NCBI RefSeq assembly: GCF_001194135.2
Contig: NC_068987.1
Location: 5,969,365-6,033,364, forward strand
Reading direction: 5' to 3'
Source of the DNA: Octopus bimaculoides
Taxonomy: Eukaryota
DNA length: 64,000 bases
Every line of letters begins with the position of its first letter. Position 1 is the stretch's first letter. This document shows positions 13,464 to 26,399 of the stretch, in pieces. The notes beneath the pieces are model-generated. The model did not search any database. It was not told where the DNA came from and saw nothing but the letters and a program-made list of their open reading frames with translations. The position numbers were made by a program, and so were the translations under genes.

Positions 13464-14115
13464 AGTGATGCTATCTGTGGGATTCTCAGCTTTTTTAGCT
13501 GCTATTTCTGAACTTCGGTATATGGTGAAGCAAATATTTGCTGATCCCTTAATTATATTTATAAATATATATGAGCTTTTAAATAAGTTCTCCACCAATA
13601 ATGGTGCTTTCATACCGATGGGCTTGGTAAAAATTGTTAATTGTTAATTGATTTATTAATTAATAAATTGATAATCCTTTACCCTTTTAATTTGTAATAA
13701 TTATTCACTCCCTGGTAGTATACGCAGATTCTCTGCGATATCACTTGTCGCGCACATGGTAATTTCTTGAGAGAGGGACAGTTGAACTGGCTGACCGAGG
13801 TGGATTCGGTTATGCTTTCAGACCTGTGTCGGTGTCGAATGTTAGTATTCCATGCTTACACGGTTTGCTAGCATGGTCAAATTTACTACTGGAATACAGT
13901 ATTGATGAAGGAAATTGATTATTTATCAATCATAATCCCGAAACGCGTCTACTGTTAAACGTCGGAATTGGTTAGTTTTCATTGTTTTTTCTTCTGGTTT
14001 TTGCCTTTGTGAGTTACAAGTGATGCTATCTGTGGGATTCTCAGCTTTTTTAGCTGCTATTTCTGAACTTCGGTATATGGTGAAGCATATATTTGCTGAT
14101 CCCTTAATTATATTT
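13464..14115. repeat. Direct duplication, 555-bp period (13464-13560 repeated at 14019-14115)
   Basis: About 97 bp starting AGTGATGCTATCTGTGGG occurs twice with one mismatch (CAAATATTTG vs CATATATTTG). The contig is bounded by N gaps at both ends. Confidence 0.85.
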
Positions 14116-14772
14116 NNNNNNNNNNNNNNNNNNNNNNNNNNNNNNNNNNNNNNNNNNNNNNNNNNNNNNNNNNNNNNNNNNNNNNNNNNNNNNNNNNNNN
14201 NNNNNNNNNNNNNNNNNNNNNNNNNNNNNNNNNNNNNNNNNNNNNNNNNNNNNNNNNNNNNNNNNNNNNNNNNNNNNNNNNNNNNNNNNNNNNNNNNNNN
14301 NNNNNNNNNNNNNNNNNNNNNNNNNNNNNNNNNNNNNNNNNNNNNNNNNNNNNNNNNNNNNNNNNNNNNNNNNNNNNNNNNNNNNNNNNNNNNNNNNNNN
14401 NNNNNNNNNNNNNNNNNNNNTATATAATTGTGTATGAGTGCGTGAAGAGAAAACGTGAGAGACAATGTATAATGTTGCAATTAATAGAGAAAAGCAAAGA
14501 AAATGGCCGCTGTGTGTGGAAAGAAAGAAGGGTGTAAGGGGAAGAGCAGCGAAGGAGGTGTTGAGCGTATTTTCTGTGGTTAGATGAAAGTATTGTGGAC
14601 AGAATCAACAGGCGAGTGAGATGGACAAGAGGCTGAATGAATGGCCGAAATTAGTAAAAGATTGAACTTTCGATCGAAACCACTTTAAAGCCGAAGTCTA
14701 GCGCAATAAACTAGAATTGGGTCGCACACTTTATTAGGTTCGTGTAAGGTATGTAATAATGTGTGTAAGTAA

Positions 14773-14817
<45 letters not shown>

Positions 14818-14889
14818 CCCTCTCTTTCTCTCTCTCTTTATACGAATCTTGCTCTCCCCCACCCCCTCATTATCTGACTTTGACACTAA

Positions 14890-15350
14890 CATGTGCATGA
14901 TGACGACGACGATGATGATGATGACGACGACGACGAGGAAGAGAAGGAGGATGATGACAACGATTATGATGGCGATGACAATGATGAGGAGGAGAAGAAA
15001 GGGGAGGAGGAGAAGGAGGGGAGGAGAAGGAGAGGAGGAGGATGACGACGACGATGATGATGTCGATGACGAGGAAGTGGAGGAGGAGGGGGATGACAAC
15101 GATGATGATGGTGATGACAATGATGATGATGAGGAGGAGGAGGAGGAGGAGGAGGAGGAAGGGGAGGAGGAGAAGGAGGAGGAAGAGGAAGAGGAGGCTG
15201 ACGACGATGATGATGGTGATGACGATGATGATGATGATGAAGAGGAGGATGATGAGGAGAAGGAGGAGAATGACGATGACGATGATGATGATGACGACGA
15301 CGGTGATAACGATGATGATGACGATGATGAAGACGAGAAACAGGAGAAGG
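14890..15350. repeat. Degenerate purine-rich trinucleotide satellite (GAT/GAC/GAG/GAA)n
   Basis: Directly visible. It generates spurious poly-D/E, poly-S and poly-H ORFs. Confidence 0.95.
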
Positions 15351-16211
15351 TGAAATGGGAGGGTGGGGCAACGAGGAGGAAGATAATGTGGAACAAAAGG
15401 CGACGGCAGTGACAAGAAGAATATTCTGATAATGACACTTGACTGGTGTTTAACCCCAGGTTAACCCAGATTGGCAGACCTGTAGATATCCTCTAGTCTT
15501 GAATATCTTCTGCAATGTTGATCTTTTGTTTTCAAGCTGGTAGAATGTGGTCTGTGGGAATTTTAGCTACTACTTCCAGCAGACTGAGCTATCACTTAGC
15601 GGCTCTCTGCGTTTGCGTTGATATGAAGAAGATGGGTAGGATGGTGATGAGAAAGGAGAATATCTTAATTACGAAGATGCTGGTTGTGGCAATGACCAGC
15701 GCGCGAGAAATGTGGATGATTGTGATGATGCTCAAGTTAATTAGAATGATGAGAAAGATAATGATCAAATTGTAACTGATAAATATATTGAATATGAAAT
15801 TCATCTGAAATGAAGCTCCAATGAATAGTGTTTTGCAAACTGTTAATTTATTTGTCAGTGTTTTCCTTTCAATTATTTTGTTTTCAATTTTTAATTCTAC
15901 TTGGTTTAATTTCCAATCGTATTTTTGCCAAAAGAAGCACTGAACCGTATAAAAAAAATATCACGTGATCAGTAACGATAGCGATTAACTGATGCGTTAA
16001 AACTTTTGAAATCATCCCCAACACCACAGTCACAAGAAACATTGATGATGTTGCAAACAGCAACATCCATAATAACCCTCGGCTTCCACAGCTTCCATAA
16101 CTCCTGTTCTCATAAACCAACATGGTTACCACTCCTGCTATCACTATCATAGTATTATAAATCACAAGAAAGACTACTACTACTACTACTACTACTACTG
16201 CAGCACGTGAT

Positions 16212-16596
16212 GTTGGCACTCCGTCGCTTACGACGTCGATGGTTCCAGTTGATCCGATCAACGGAACAGCCTGCTCGTGAAATTAACGTGCAAGTGGCTG
16301 AGCACTCCACAGACACGTGTACCCTTAACGTAGTTTTCGGGGATATTCAGCGTGACACAGAGTGTGACAAGGCTGGACCCTTTGAATTACAGATACAACA
16401 GAAACAGGAAGTAAGAGTGAGAGAAAGTTGTGGCAAAAGAGTACTGCAGGGTTCGCCACCATCCTCTGCCGGAGCCTCGTGGAGCTTTAGGTGTTTTCGC
16501 TCAATAAACACTTACAACGTCCGGTCTGGGAATCGAAACCGCGATACTATGACCGCGGGTCCGCTACCCTAACCACTGGGCCATTGCGCCTCCACA
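16212..16596 (-). mobile_element. Full-length tRNA-derived SINE, family A
   Basis: Reverse-complement match to 1615-2003. An 11-bp TSD, CAGCACGTGAT, lies at 16201-16211 and 16597-16607. Confidence 0.92.
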
Positions 16597-17279
16597 CAGC
16601 ACGTGATACCACAATACAAACACTAACATTCCTGTCATGTCCTAATTTCCACCTGTTGACATTATCATCTTCATCATCAACAAATTCTGCTCTTCGCAAT
16701 CAATAAGACTAACTCCCCCAAACAAAATAAAACCTCTGCCGTAAAAGAATTCACCAAACCATATTACGTTTCCCTGGTCTTGCTATAGAAGTGAATAATT
16801 TGCTCACGTGTGTGAAAACAAATATTTCACCACGTGACTAAAAACCAAGTTAGCAATTAATTGAATACAATTCTCATGAATTGATTTTGTTTTGCTTTCT
16901 TCCTTTCAATTTTTAAAACCATTCATTCGACAAAAATGTAATTAGCTTCATATATTTCAAAAATTTATTAATGTTTTTTTCTTTTTATATAAAAATTATT
17001 TTGCTAATAACAATTTTGGTTGGTATCGATAGTAACAAATCAAACTAAATGATTCGGGTTACTTAGTTCATTACCACAATCTACTTAGTGCAATTAATCC
17101 TGAAATATTTGTAAAATATTTCAATTAGTATAATCATAAGTGGATTAAATGTTTTTTCAGAAGACTCTTTTCTAAATGGCGTTATCAATATATGCCACCA
17201 CAATCACAACAGGTGTTGTGTCAACACAAGGAGATATTCATTAACCGTATCGTATCATTGGTAGTAATTCTTTCTCACT

Positions 17280-17414
17280 TTTGACACAAAGTTAGAAATT
17301 TTGAGAAGTGGGGGTGTAGTGGATTACGTCGAACCCACCGCAAATCTAGTTGTTGTTTTATCGACCACGAAGATGAAAGATAAAGTCGAGCTCTGCGGAG
17401 TTTGAACTCAGAAC
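17280..17414 (-). mobile_element. SINE family B, degenerate partial
   Basis: TTTTATCGACCACGAAGATGAAAGATAAAGTCGAG...TTTGAACTCAGAACG. Confidence 0.7.
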
Positions 17415-17612
17415 GCAAAGCCTGCCCGACTGAAGGAGGGCGGCGGGGCAATAATCACTAAAGTTTTAGCCAATGGAAGGATCCATCCCACACGTGATAT
17501 CAGCTGTTCGACATAACTCAGAAATGCCAGGACACTGAACGAGTGCGTGCAGAACGGTTTCTTCATTCTGTGGGCATCTTTGACAAGCCCGTTTGATAGC
17601 ACATTCGTGCCT
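17415..17612 (-). mobile_element. L1/Tx1-clade LINE ORF2 C-terminal fragment (CCHC zinc-binding region), frameshifted
   Basis: The minus strand gives CQRCPQNEETVLHALVQCPGISEL (C-x2-C...ET..H....C), then after a frameshift YVEQLISRVG...IAPPPSFSR. This is typical of the L1/Tx1 ORF2 C-terminus. Confidence 0.75.
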
Positions 17613-17760
17613 GCAGAGTATATGGCGATTTAAATAAGAGTTTTGGCTATTTAAATAAGAGTTTTGACTGCTATTTCCAGCAGGTAGACATACTTAAAAT
17701 TAAAACAACTGCCAGTAAAATCTGTGATCATGTAGCTTTCTTAAGAAATATGTGTGTGCA

Positions 17761-17815
<55 letters not shown>

Positions 17816-19009
17816 GGGAGGGTGAGAGAGAATAAGAGAGAGAAAGAACGTGCGCCTGTATCTGTGTTTGTGTTTTAATGAGTATTTGCTTGAACGTGTG
17901 TACGTGTGTGTATATGTGCGTGTATGTGTCTGTGTATATCTTTCATACTGAAGAGACATGTATCCCGTTTTAGACATTGCACTTGACTTACACTGGGAAC
18001 GGCAACAATGTCCCAGTTCCTATTTCTGTTCTGTTAGGGTCAGCAAGATCAAGTCTTCATTCACGGATTGACGCTGCTAACAAAGCATAAGGAAGATGAA
18101 AGAAAAGAACACGTGCTGTTTGATTTTATATATTTTACTTGTGATTGGAGCAAGTCGCTTCCATCGACTTCCATAAACACACGCTGAAGAATGAGAAATG
18201 AACAGAAAAGTGGATGAATAGACAGAAAAGAACCTGAGGAAGAAGAAAATAACAGACTGAGCAAGAAATAGAGTGAAATTATTCAAAAGCAATCGGTCAT
18301 ATTTTTGGAAATTGAAGCCTTGCTTTATGTATTCACTATCTTTAGCAATGCCATTCAAAGCTCGCAGCCAACACAAGAAATTGATTAGTTGCATAGAAGA
18401 TTCTAGCGGCTAGTATAATTGTAATAAAATATGAAACCCATTTAGTTTCTGTAGTAAAATTTTCAAAGAAAATGTAATTTCTATTCTTGAATAAGGAACT
18501 GTATTGAAGCAGTATGTTTAATATTCTATTTAGATAGTTTGTCACTAGTTTCTGCTTCCTATATCTGAGTTTCACATTTACGTTAAAGCTATTTATGTAG
18601 TTTTTATTTCCTCAAATACTATCTCGGTATTTTCTACCGTGTATTTTAGTATTTTAAACATCATTGCTTTTCCATTCGGTTATCTTTGAACGAGAATGTC
18701 TCTGGAAGTGAACGCTGAGTTGTTTTCGACTTTATTTCCTTTAACATCAAAAAGGCAAATATTAAACATTCTTCATTCACATTTTTTTAGATATTATTAT
18801 TACGATGATTATCAAGTTGCCACAGTGGTAATTGGAAGGCTTCCAAGGAATTGACTCACTGAAACACTGTTTTGTACCCTGCAGCATTTGCCCACTTCAA
18901 GCTGTAATCTCACCGTGGTCAATCCGTAAATCTCATGATATGTTTTCATATCTATAGAAACAATAAATTCTTAAGAGATATTAATTCCTAGATAGAATAT
19001 TGGTTTCAG

Positions 19010-19201
19010 ATTGTGGCACACGGCCAGCGGTTTCAAGAGAGATGTTAAGCTGCTTATATCAACCCTACTGCTCAACTGGTACTTATTTTATCCATCGCAA
19101 AAGAATAAAAATTAGTCGTCCTCTTCAGAATTTGAACTCAATGACTAAAAACGGACAAAATGTTCCCGTCGTGCAAATGTTTCTTCCATTTCGCTGCCTT
19201 A
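19010..19201 (-). mobile_element. SINE family B, degenerate
   Basis: GCTCAACTGGTACTTATTTTATC...AGAATTTGAACTCA...TTCGCTGCCTTA. Confidence 0.65.
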
Positions 19202-19587
19202 TATACACAATGTCACGCGTTAAGTGAGAGATATGTAATCTTTAAGGAAATGCAAGAAGAAATTCTGTTACCATTTCTGCCATTTACCAAAGATTTGACG
19301 TAGTAACTGATCTTCCTAATTTACTCGCGTAATCTTTCATGAATTATAGAGTCTACGGTAATAATCCCTCTTTCATCTAAACGCTTATTACACTCAGAAT
19401 GCAAATCCGATCACAGCTTTGTCTCCAATTAATAATGAATAGATAAAATGTAAAAGATACAATGAAATTCAATTTTCTTTATCTTTTCTGTAATTTGCTC
19501 GTGAAAATGTTTACTTAAAGCCTTTTTCTCATCTACCAAGTATTTTAAACTTATAACTATAAATAGCTCATTACTTAAACATTCTTT

Positions 19588-19630
<43 letters not shown>

Positions 19631-19633
<3 letters not shown>

Positions 19634-19755
19634 CATTCCGTCAGTTACGACTAAGAGGGTTCGAGTTGATCCAAGCAATGGAACAGCCTGCGCACGAAAT
19701 TAACGTGCAAGTGGCTGAACATTCCGCAGGCACGCGTAACCTCAATGTAGTTCTT
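19631..19755 (-). mobile_element. SINE family A, 3' fragment
   Basis: GGAACAGCCTGCGCACGAAATTAACGTGCAAGTGGCTGA matches the tail of 16212-16596. Confidence 0.8.
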
Positions 19756-19789
19756 AGTTTAGGACTAAAAAACTTTAGGACTAAAAAAT

Positions 19790-20285
19790 ACCCACCACCA
19801 AATGCTATACTAGCAGTTTTTGAAGATGAATGATGGTTAGCAGTGAAAAATGTGAAATTTAAGAAATATCTCCTTAAAGGAAATGAACATTTAAAAAAAC
19901 TTAAATCGATAATCCTGTACCTTAAGAAAATAAATGGAGTTATAGTACATTTGGACAAGTCTGGTAATGTATATAATCATAATATAAACTACTATCATGA
20001 ACTACTTAGAAAGGAAATTAGATAAATTATAGGAAAGCGGATAAAATCATATCAAGAAGACTTAGCTTAATATCCAAGCAAATAATGACTGAATTTAAAA
20101 TTGACAATGGAACTGAACCTTTTGAACCAAACAGACAGAATTATTTTAAAAGACCAAAAGGACAATTTCTATAGTAATCCAAAAGGAAGATAAAAGTTGC
20201 TCAGGTAAATCTGACCTGGGCATAAGAAGCAATGCTATTATCGATAAGTACATACCGATTCTCAAGAAAACAATAATGTTGCAAG
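19790..20285 (+). mobile_element. Penelope-like retroelement (PLE) RT N-terminal region, degraded
   Basis: Across stops and frameshifts: AVFEDE*WLAVKNVKFKKY...VIVHLDKSGNVY...ILKDQKDNFYSNPKGR...GKSDLG..SNAIIDKYIPILKK. This matches the invertebrate PLE motifs (A/S)DK(S/T).N.Y and LKDHKxNF..NP..RLINP.KSxLG as I recall them. Subclade not assigned. Confidence 0.65.
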
Positions 20286-20962
20286 TTTCGTGTATGAATG
20301 TTTAGAGCTAGTCAGCAATTGTCTCCAAATATGTTTTCATAGGGAGAAATATTATGCTTGGCGCCTGGTCTCCGCTGGCTTACAAGCCTTTTATCCGGCA
20401 CCAGCATTTATGATTGAGCTTTTGAATACAAATACGTTTTGACTATTCTGTAATTTACAACTTCAGTGTGTTATCTACCGTTCCTGATTCACAAACTGTT
20501 GTCCCTTCATTTTACATTTCTTAAATGTTGGAAATTTGCCTTGTTGATTACCTGTTGATTACCGACATGTTACTTCTCATTTGTATTTGCTAAGCCTCGT
20601 GAGCTGAGGGTCTCATGGATACTGTGCGCACGGCGTACCTGACTGTACAATGTATACGTCACAAAACAAAACAAAAAACAAATTTTAATGACACAATTGT
20701 GGAAGTACCAGATAACTCATTCGTCTGATTTTAATTTTGCTTTTTAAGCTACGCTCAAGGTTCCATTCCTCTTGGGGTACTATTAGAGAAGCGAATTACC
20801 AAACAACTGTGAATTTCTCTTCATCGATATATTCCAAACTGTCAGAATAGATTGGTAAACTCTGATTTACGCCGTTCTGTGTTGCTCTTAATTGTGGTAT
20901 GGTCGGATATGTTTGTGTCGATATTTCATGAATTCCTTTTAATTAATTCCATCGATATATGT

Positions 20963-20998
<36 letters not shown>

Positions 20999-21549
20999 GC
21001 ATACATACATACATACATATATATATATATATATNNNNNNNNNNNNNNNNNNNNNNNNNNNNNNNNNNNNNNNNNNNNNNNNNNNNNNNNNNNNNNNNNN
21101 NNNNNNNNNNNNNNNNNNNNNNNNNNNNNNNNNNNNNNNNNNNNNNNNNNNNNNNNNNNNNNNNNNNNNNNNNNNNNNNNNNNNNNNNNNNNNNNNNNNN
21201 NNNNNNNNNNNNNNNNNNNNNNNNNNNNNNNNNNNNNNNNNNNNNNNNNNNNNNNNNNNNNNNNNNNNNNNNNNNNNNNNNNNNNNNNNNNNNNNNNNNN
21301 NNNNNNNNNNNNNNNNNNNNNNNNNNNNNNNNNNNNNNNNNNNNNNNNNNNNNNNNNNNNNNNNNNNNNNNNNNNNNNNNNNNNNNNNNNNNNNNNNNNN
21401 NNNNNNNNNNNNNNNNNNNNNNNNNNNNNNNNNNNNNNNNNNNNNNNNNNNNNNNNNNNNNNNNNNNNNNNNNNNNNNNNNNNNNNNNNNNNNNNNNNNN
21501 NNNNNNNNNNNNNNNNNNNNNNNNNNNNNNNNNNNNNNNNNNNNNNNNN

Positions 21550-21598
<49 letters not shown>

Positions 21599-21600
21599 AA

Positions 21601-21633
<33 letters not shown>

Positions 21634-21952
21634 TCACACAAATCTGTATTGTTGGTGATAACGATGTAGCTGCTGTTGCAGGACTTACCGATTATGTGAA
21701 TTACAATGATGGTAATGATGTCAATCACTCCGCAGCCGGTGAAACCAGGCAAATGGGAGAAGATAAGGAGATGTCTGTGCAAAATGACAGAGAGAAACGA
21801 TATCACAGTAAATAGCGACGTCCACGAAACCCGTAATGATAACAGTTATGACAATGCTATTTCTCTTCGGCCCAGGCATATGCATTGTTCATGTGTTATA
21901 TGCCTATCATCATCATGGTCCTCATTATTATTATTATCATTATTATTATTGA

Positions 21953-22239
21953 TCAGTAGTTTTATTTTTATAACGTGCTTTCACTTCACTACCGAGCGCA
22001 GCTCTGTGCGCCTTGGGTATGTGCTGTGGTTTGCTGTGGTGCTCTTATGGTTACTGTATTGAAAGTGTTTTGCGTAGAATGTGTGCTGTGCCCAGTAGTG
22101 CAATTTTCTGTATGTTATATATATTTGTAAGTCCTGGTGTTTTTGTTATGTATTTGTCTGAATATTTTTTTATTATACCTAAGGCACCTACTATGATAGG
22201 AATTGTTTCTGTTTTTAGATTCCACATTCGAGTTATCTC

Positions 22240-22242
<3 letters not shown>
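21953..22242 (-). mobile_element. 5'-truncated R4/Dong-like RLE non-LTR retrotransposon (3' end, family 1) inside (TAA)n
   Basis: Uninterrupted frame 22242-22051: IEITRMWNLKTETIPIIVGALGIIKKYSDKYITKTPGLTNIYNIQKIALLGTAHILRKTLSIQ*, the C-terminus of an R4-clade RLE domain. A 3' UTR of about 100 bp follows, and TAA/TTA repeats lie on both sides. Confidence 0.85.
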
Positions 22243-22282
<40 letters not shown>

Positions 22283-23266
22283 TTACNNNNNNNNNNNNNN
22301 NNNNNNNNNNNNNNNNNNNNNNNNNNNNNNNNNNNNNNNNNNNNNNNNNNNNNNNNNNNNNNNNNNNNNNNNNNNNNNNNNNNNNNNNNNNNNNNNNNNN
22401 NNNNNNNNNNNNNNNNNNNNNNNNNNNNNNNNNNNNNNNNNNNNNNNNNNNNNNNNNNNNNNNNNNNNNNNNNNNNNNNNNNNNNNNNNNNNNNNNNNNN
22501 NNNNNNNNNNNNNNNNNNNNNNNNNNNNNNNNNNNNNNNNNNNNNNNNNNNNNNNNNNNNNNNNNNNNNNNNNNNNNNNNNNNNNNNNNNNNNNNNNNNN
22601 NNNNNNNNNNNNNNNNNNNNNNNNNNNNNNNNNNNNNNNNNNNNNNNNNNNNNNNNNNNNNNNNNNNNNNNNNNNNNNNNNNNNNNNNNNNNNNNNNNNN
22701 NNNNNNNNNNNNNNNNNNNNNNNNNNNNNNNNNNNNNNNNNNNNNNNNNNNNNNNNNNNNNNNNNNNNNNNNNNNNNNNNNNNNNNNNNNNNNNNNNNNN
22801 NNNNNNNNNNNNNNNNNNNNNNNNNNNNNNNNNNNNNNNNNNNNNNNNNNNNNNNNNNNNNNNNNNNNNNNNNNNNNNNNNNNNNNNNNNNNNNNNNNNN
22901 NNNNNNNNNNNNNNNNNNNNNNNNNNNNNNNNNNNNNNNNNNNNNNNNNNNNNNNNNNNNNNNNNNNNNNNNNNNNNNNNNNNNNNNNNNNNNNNNNNNN
23001 NNNNNNNNNNNNNNNNNNNNNNNNNNNNNNNNNNNNNNNNNNNNNNNNNNNNNNNNNNNNNNNNNNNNNNNNNNNNNNNNNNNNNNNNNNNNNNNNNNNN
23101 NNNNNNNNNNNNNNNNNNNNNNNNNNNNNNNNNNNNNNNNNNNNNNNNNNNNNNNNNNNNNNNNNNNNNNNNNNNNNNNNNNNNNNNNNNNNNNNNNNNN
23201 NNNNNNNNNNNNNNNNNNNNNNNNNNNNNNNNNNNNNNNNNNNNNNNNNNNNNNNNNNNNNNNNNN

Positions 23267-23297
<31 letters not shown>

Positions 23298-24208
23298 ATT
23301 GTTAAGTAAATATACTACTGTATATGTTTTGTGTATTTTCTGGTGGCTGCAACGGCGTAGTAGAGTATATAACTCCCATGTCGCCGATGCTGAGAATGGT
23401 GGACATCAATGTGTCACCATTTTAGTGGCTTGCGATATGTCTTTGTTTTGTGCGAGTGTGTGCGTGCGTGTTTGTGTGCGTGGATGGTTTTAGTTTGTAA
23501 TGGTTGACTATATTTAAGTTTATTTACATTTTATCCTTGTAGTTTCATTACTCTGGAGATAGTGGTAGTGAGTGGTATGTGTATGTGGAGGGGAATTTCT
23601 GCTTCATTAAATTTGCTATTGAATTTATGTATCCCATAAGAGCGTCCGTTTATTGTGTATACCGCTTATGTAACCTGTCAAAATGCACAATCATTCCAAT
23701 ATGAAAAAAGTAATTTTTTATTTCAGCATTCTTTATTGAGTAAAGTTATTTCTGTATGTCATATTAATAGATTGTAGATGCTTCCATATAATTATCTATC
23801 TATATATATATATAGAATAGTGGTACAACAATGCACCAATATTTACTGGAAATAGCAGTCGATAAATATACGACGCTGTAGTAAAGCTTCACTGTATGTA
23901 TATATATATATATATATNNNNNNNNNNNNNNNNNNNNNNNNNNNNNNNNNNNNNNNNNNNNNNNNNNNNNNNNNNNNNNNNNNNNNNNNNNNNNNNNNNN
24001 NNNNNNNNNNNNNNNNNNNNNNNNNNNNNNNNNNNNNNNNNNNNNNNNNNNNNNNNNNNNNNNNNNNNNNNNNNNNNNNNNNNNNNNNNNNNNNNNNNNN
24101 NNNNNNNNNNNNNNNNNNNNNNNNNNNNNNNNNNNNNNNNNNNNNNNNNNNNNNNNNNNNNNNNNNNNNNNNNNNNNNNNNNNNNNNNNNNNNNNNNNNN
24201 NNNNNNNN

Positions 24209-25490
24209 GCGTCACACATGATAATCGCGCATTTTCATCTTTTTTGTCTGGGAGGAAGGAGTTTGAGACTTTTTGTCTGTATGTATTTTATTTTTCCTCT
24301 ATTAGAGGGGGATGGGAAGGCTTGGTGCCTGTAGGGGAAAGGTAGGACGAAGAGGGTTTGGGTGGTTGTGAGGTTGTTATGGGACTTTTTTTCTTTTTGT
24401 TTTGCTTCTTTTATAGATAGTTTCACTTTCAATGTCCTTTTCTTCTGTTACTATTTTTTGCTCTTCCGTATTCACTTGCTCCTCTTGTGGATCCTTTTCC
24501 TGAGTCTCCTCCATCTTTTTGGTCGGTGAAGGGCGGTCCGCTCTGATGTGAGCCTTTAAGTCGCATTTAAAGCATTGAGGGATTCTGCCCTCCATCCTTA
24601 CTCTGTCATGCTTTCCAAATTTTCTTGTGATCCCTGAATGATCATATCTAACGTTTGTCCTTTCCAACTGGAAGACTGCTAATTCATCCACCCAATCCGC
24701 CACATCAAATTTGGGTTGAATTCCCTCTACCCTAACCCTGGAAACTCGCCTTCCAAGGTATTTGGGTAGAAGTACCACACTATCAGTTCTTAAAGGAGTT
24801 GCCGAGCCGAGTTCTGTCTTGCCTTGGCTGCCACTCTGAGGCGAACCTCCCCTGTACCAAATTTACTTCCCCTGGCAAGTTATTACATATCTTGCCAAAT
24901 AGGTTTCAAGGCCTTCTCTATTTTATCTGTTAGAATAATTTCGATTTTCTTTGCTTCTGTAGAATATACTTTGTATATAATTTTCTTTTCGTTCTTAAAT
25001 TTCATGACTCCTTGATGAGGGGACAATTTTACATCGCCACCATCTCTATTTAACATCTTCTTGTAACTCTTTAACTTGGTTAAATTTACCTCCTTATTCT
25101 GTGCCTCCGCAACTTTTGCAAAACTTTTCTTCTCTTCCATTTTCTTGTCCGTTTTTTTAATACATTTTAGAAGTTCGTCTTCCGAGGAGGACAGCTCTGA
25201 AGAGCTGCAATCCTCATACCACATTTCAAAACAAGCTGCCACAAAGCAGCAAACAGTTCGCAAAAGTGTTCAAACGAACACTAACAGAAAATTACAACAC
25301 AAAATTACAACACAAAAATTCAGCACATCTTAACACTATGAAAAATACCAGTAGAATAACTTACTAACAACCTGAGGCCATACTAATGTCCCCTCAACGA
25401 TTAGCCAAAGATGATTTTCAAAATGAGAATATCTGAAATAAACTCGACTGCTCTGACAAACAGGAAATCTAAAAATGAACCCGATCACTC
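24209..25490 (-). mobile_element. LINE 5' region with disrupted ORF1 (L1/Tx1-like, gag-type zinc knuckle)
   Basis: ORF pieces 25263-24883 and 24778-24377 join with stops and a frameshift (...PLRTDSVVLLPKYLGRRVSRVRVEGI...). They contain CFKCDLKAHIRAD(R/C)P, a degenerate C-x2-C-x4-H-x4-C knuckle, followed by an acidic/Lys-rich low-complexity tail. Confidence 0.6.
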
Positions 25491-25539
25491 TCAAAAATTG
25501 ACTAAAGAAACAAAAAAGGAAAAATGATCCAAATTATAC

Positions 25540-25700
<161 letters not shown>

Positions 25701-26049
25701 CACATAAATTCATACATACAAATGTGTATGTTGGCATGTGTGTTCCGGTGTATATAGGTGTTAGCTTGATTGCGTGCTTATGTGCATTGTAAATATATTC
25801 CTATATAATGCTTGAAAAAATAGCTAGCGTGATTTAAACTTAGATATAAGTACGCATAAGTAACTAACTCATAGAAGAGATTATTTTCGTACAGCACAGT
25901 TTCTTGACTTCATTAATATTAGAATATAGTAAATATGTTTGGAGTAAACTAACTCTATCCGTATAGTGTGGTCTTAAATGGCTTGTTTGTTGAAAACACT
26001 ATTCAGCTAACTTAGCATCGAAACAGCGTTTGATTTAATGCGTCGTAGT

Positions 26050-26390
26050 GTTAAGACGGCGAGCTAGTAAAATCGTTTGGACGACGGGTAACGTACTCAC
26101 TGGCATCTATGCTGGCTTTATGTTCTGAGTTCACAGGCATATGTATAACTTATCTGATATGCATATATGACAGATAGTATTACTGTTATTTTACAGTAGA
26201 ATGGCGTCGACGTGGCAAAATCGTTTGCGCGTTGGCTAAAATGCATAGCGTTATTTCTTCTGTCTGTACGTCTTGTGTTCGAATTCCGCCCAGGGCGACT
26301 TTCTAGTTTAGCCTTTCGTGAGAAATAAAATAAGCATCGGTCGAGCATTAGTTTTGATGTAATTGAGTTGCCTCCCCACCCACCCCCACA
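26050..26390 (+). mobile_element. Two degenerate SINE family B heads in tandem
   Basis: AAGACGGCGAGCTAGTAAAATCGTT... at about 26052 and ATGGCGTCGACGTGGCAAAATCGTT...GTTCGAATTCCGCC at about 26201. Confidence 0.55.
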
Positions 26391-26399
26391 TGACACAAT

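Noticed and set aside
14734-15438. Long ORFs encoding poly-Asp/Glu, poly-Ser, poly-His/Pro (also 63092-63965 and 37974-38342)
   Set aside because: These are translations of trinucleotide satellites, open in several frames on both strands, with no unique coding context.
18077-18394. Hydrophobic minus-strand ORFs resembling membrane receptors (also 7809-7997 and 10426-10680)
   Set aside because: The + strand is A-rich, so the - strand is T-rich, which gives Phe/Leu/Ile codons and few stops. No receptor motif or convincing splice sites were found.
20852-23309. Very long ORFs in the track spanning X runs (also near 11.3, 14.1, 24, 28, 39.6, 45.7 and 57.2 kb)
   Set aside because: Artefacts of N gaps and adjacent dinucleotide repeats.
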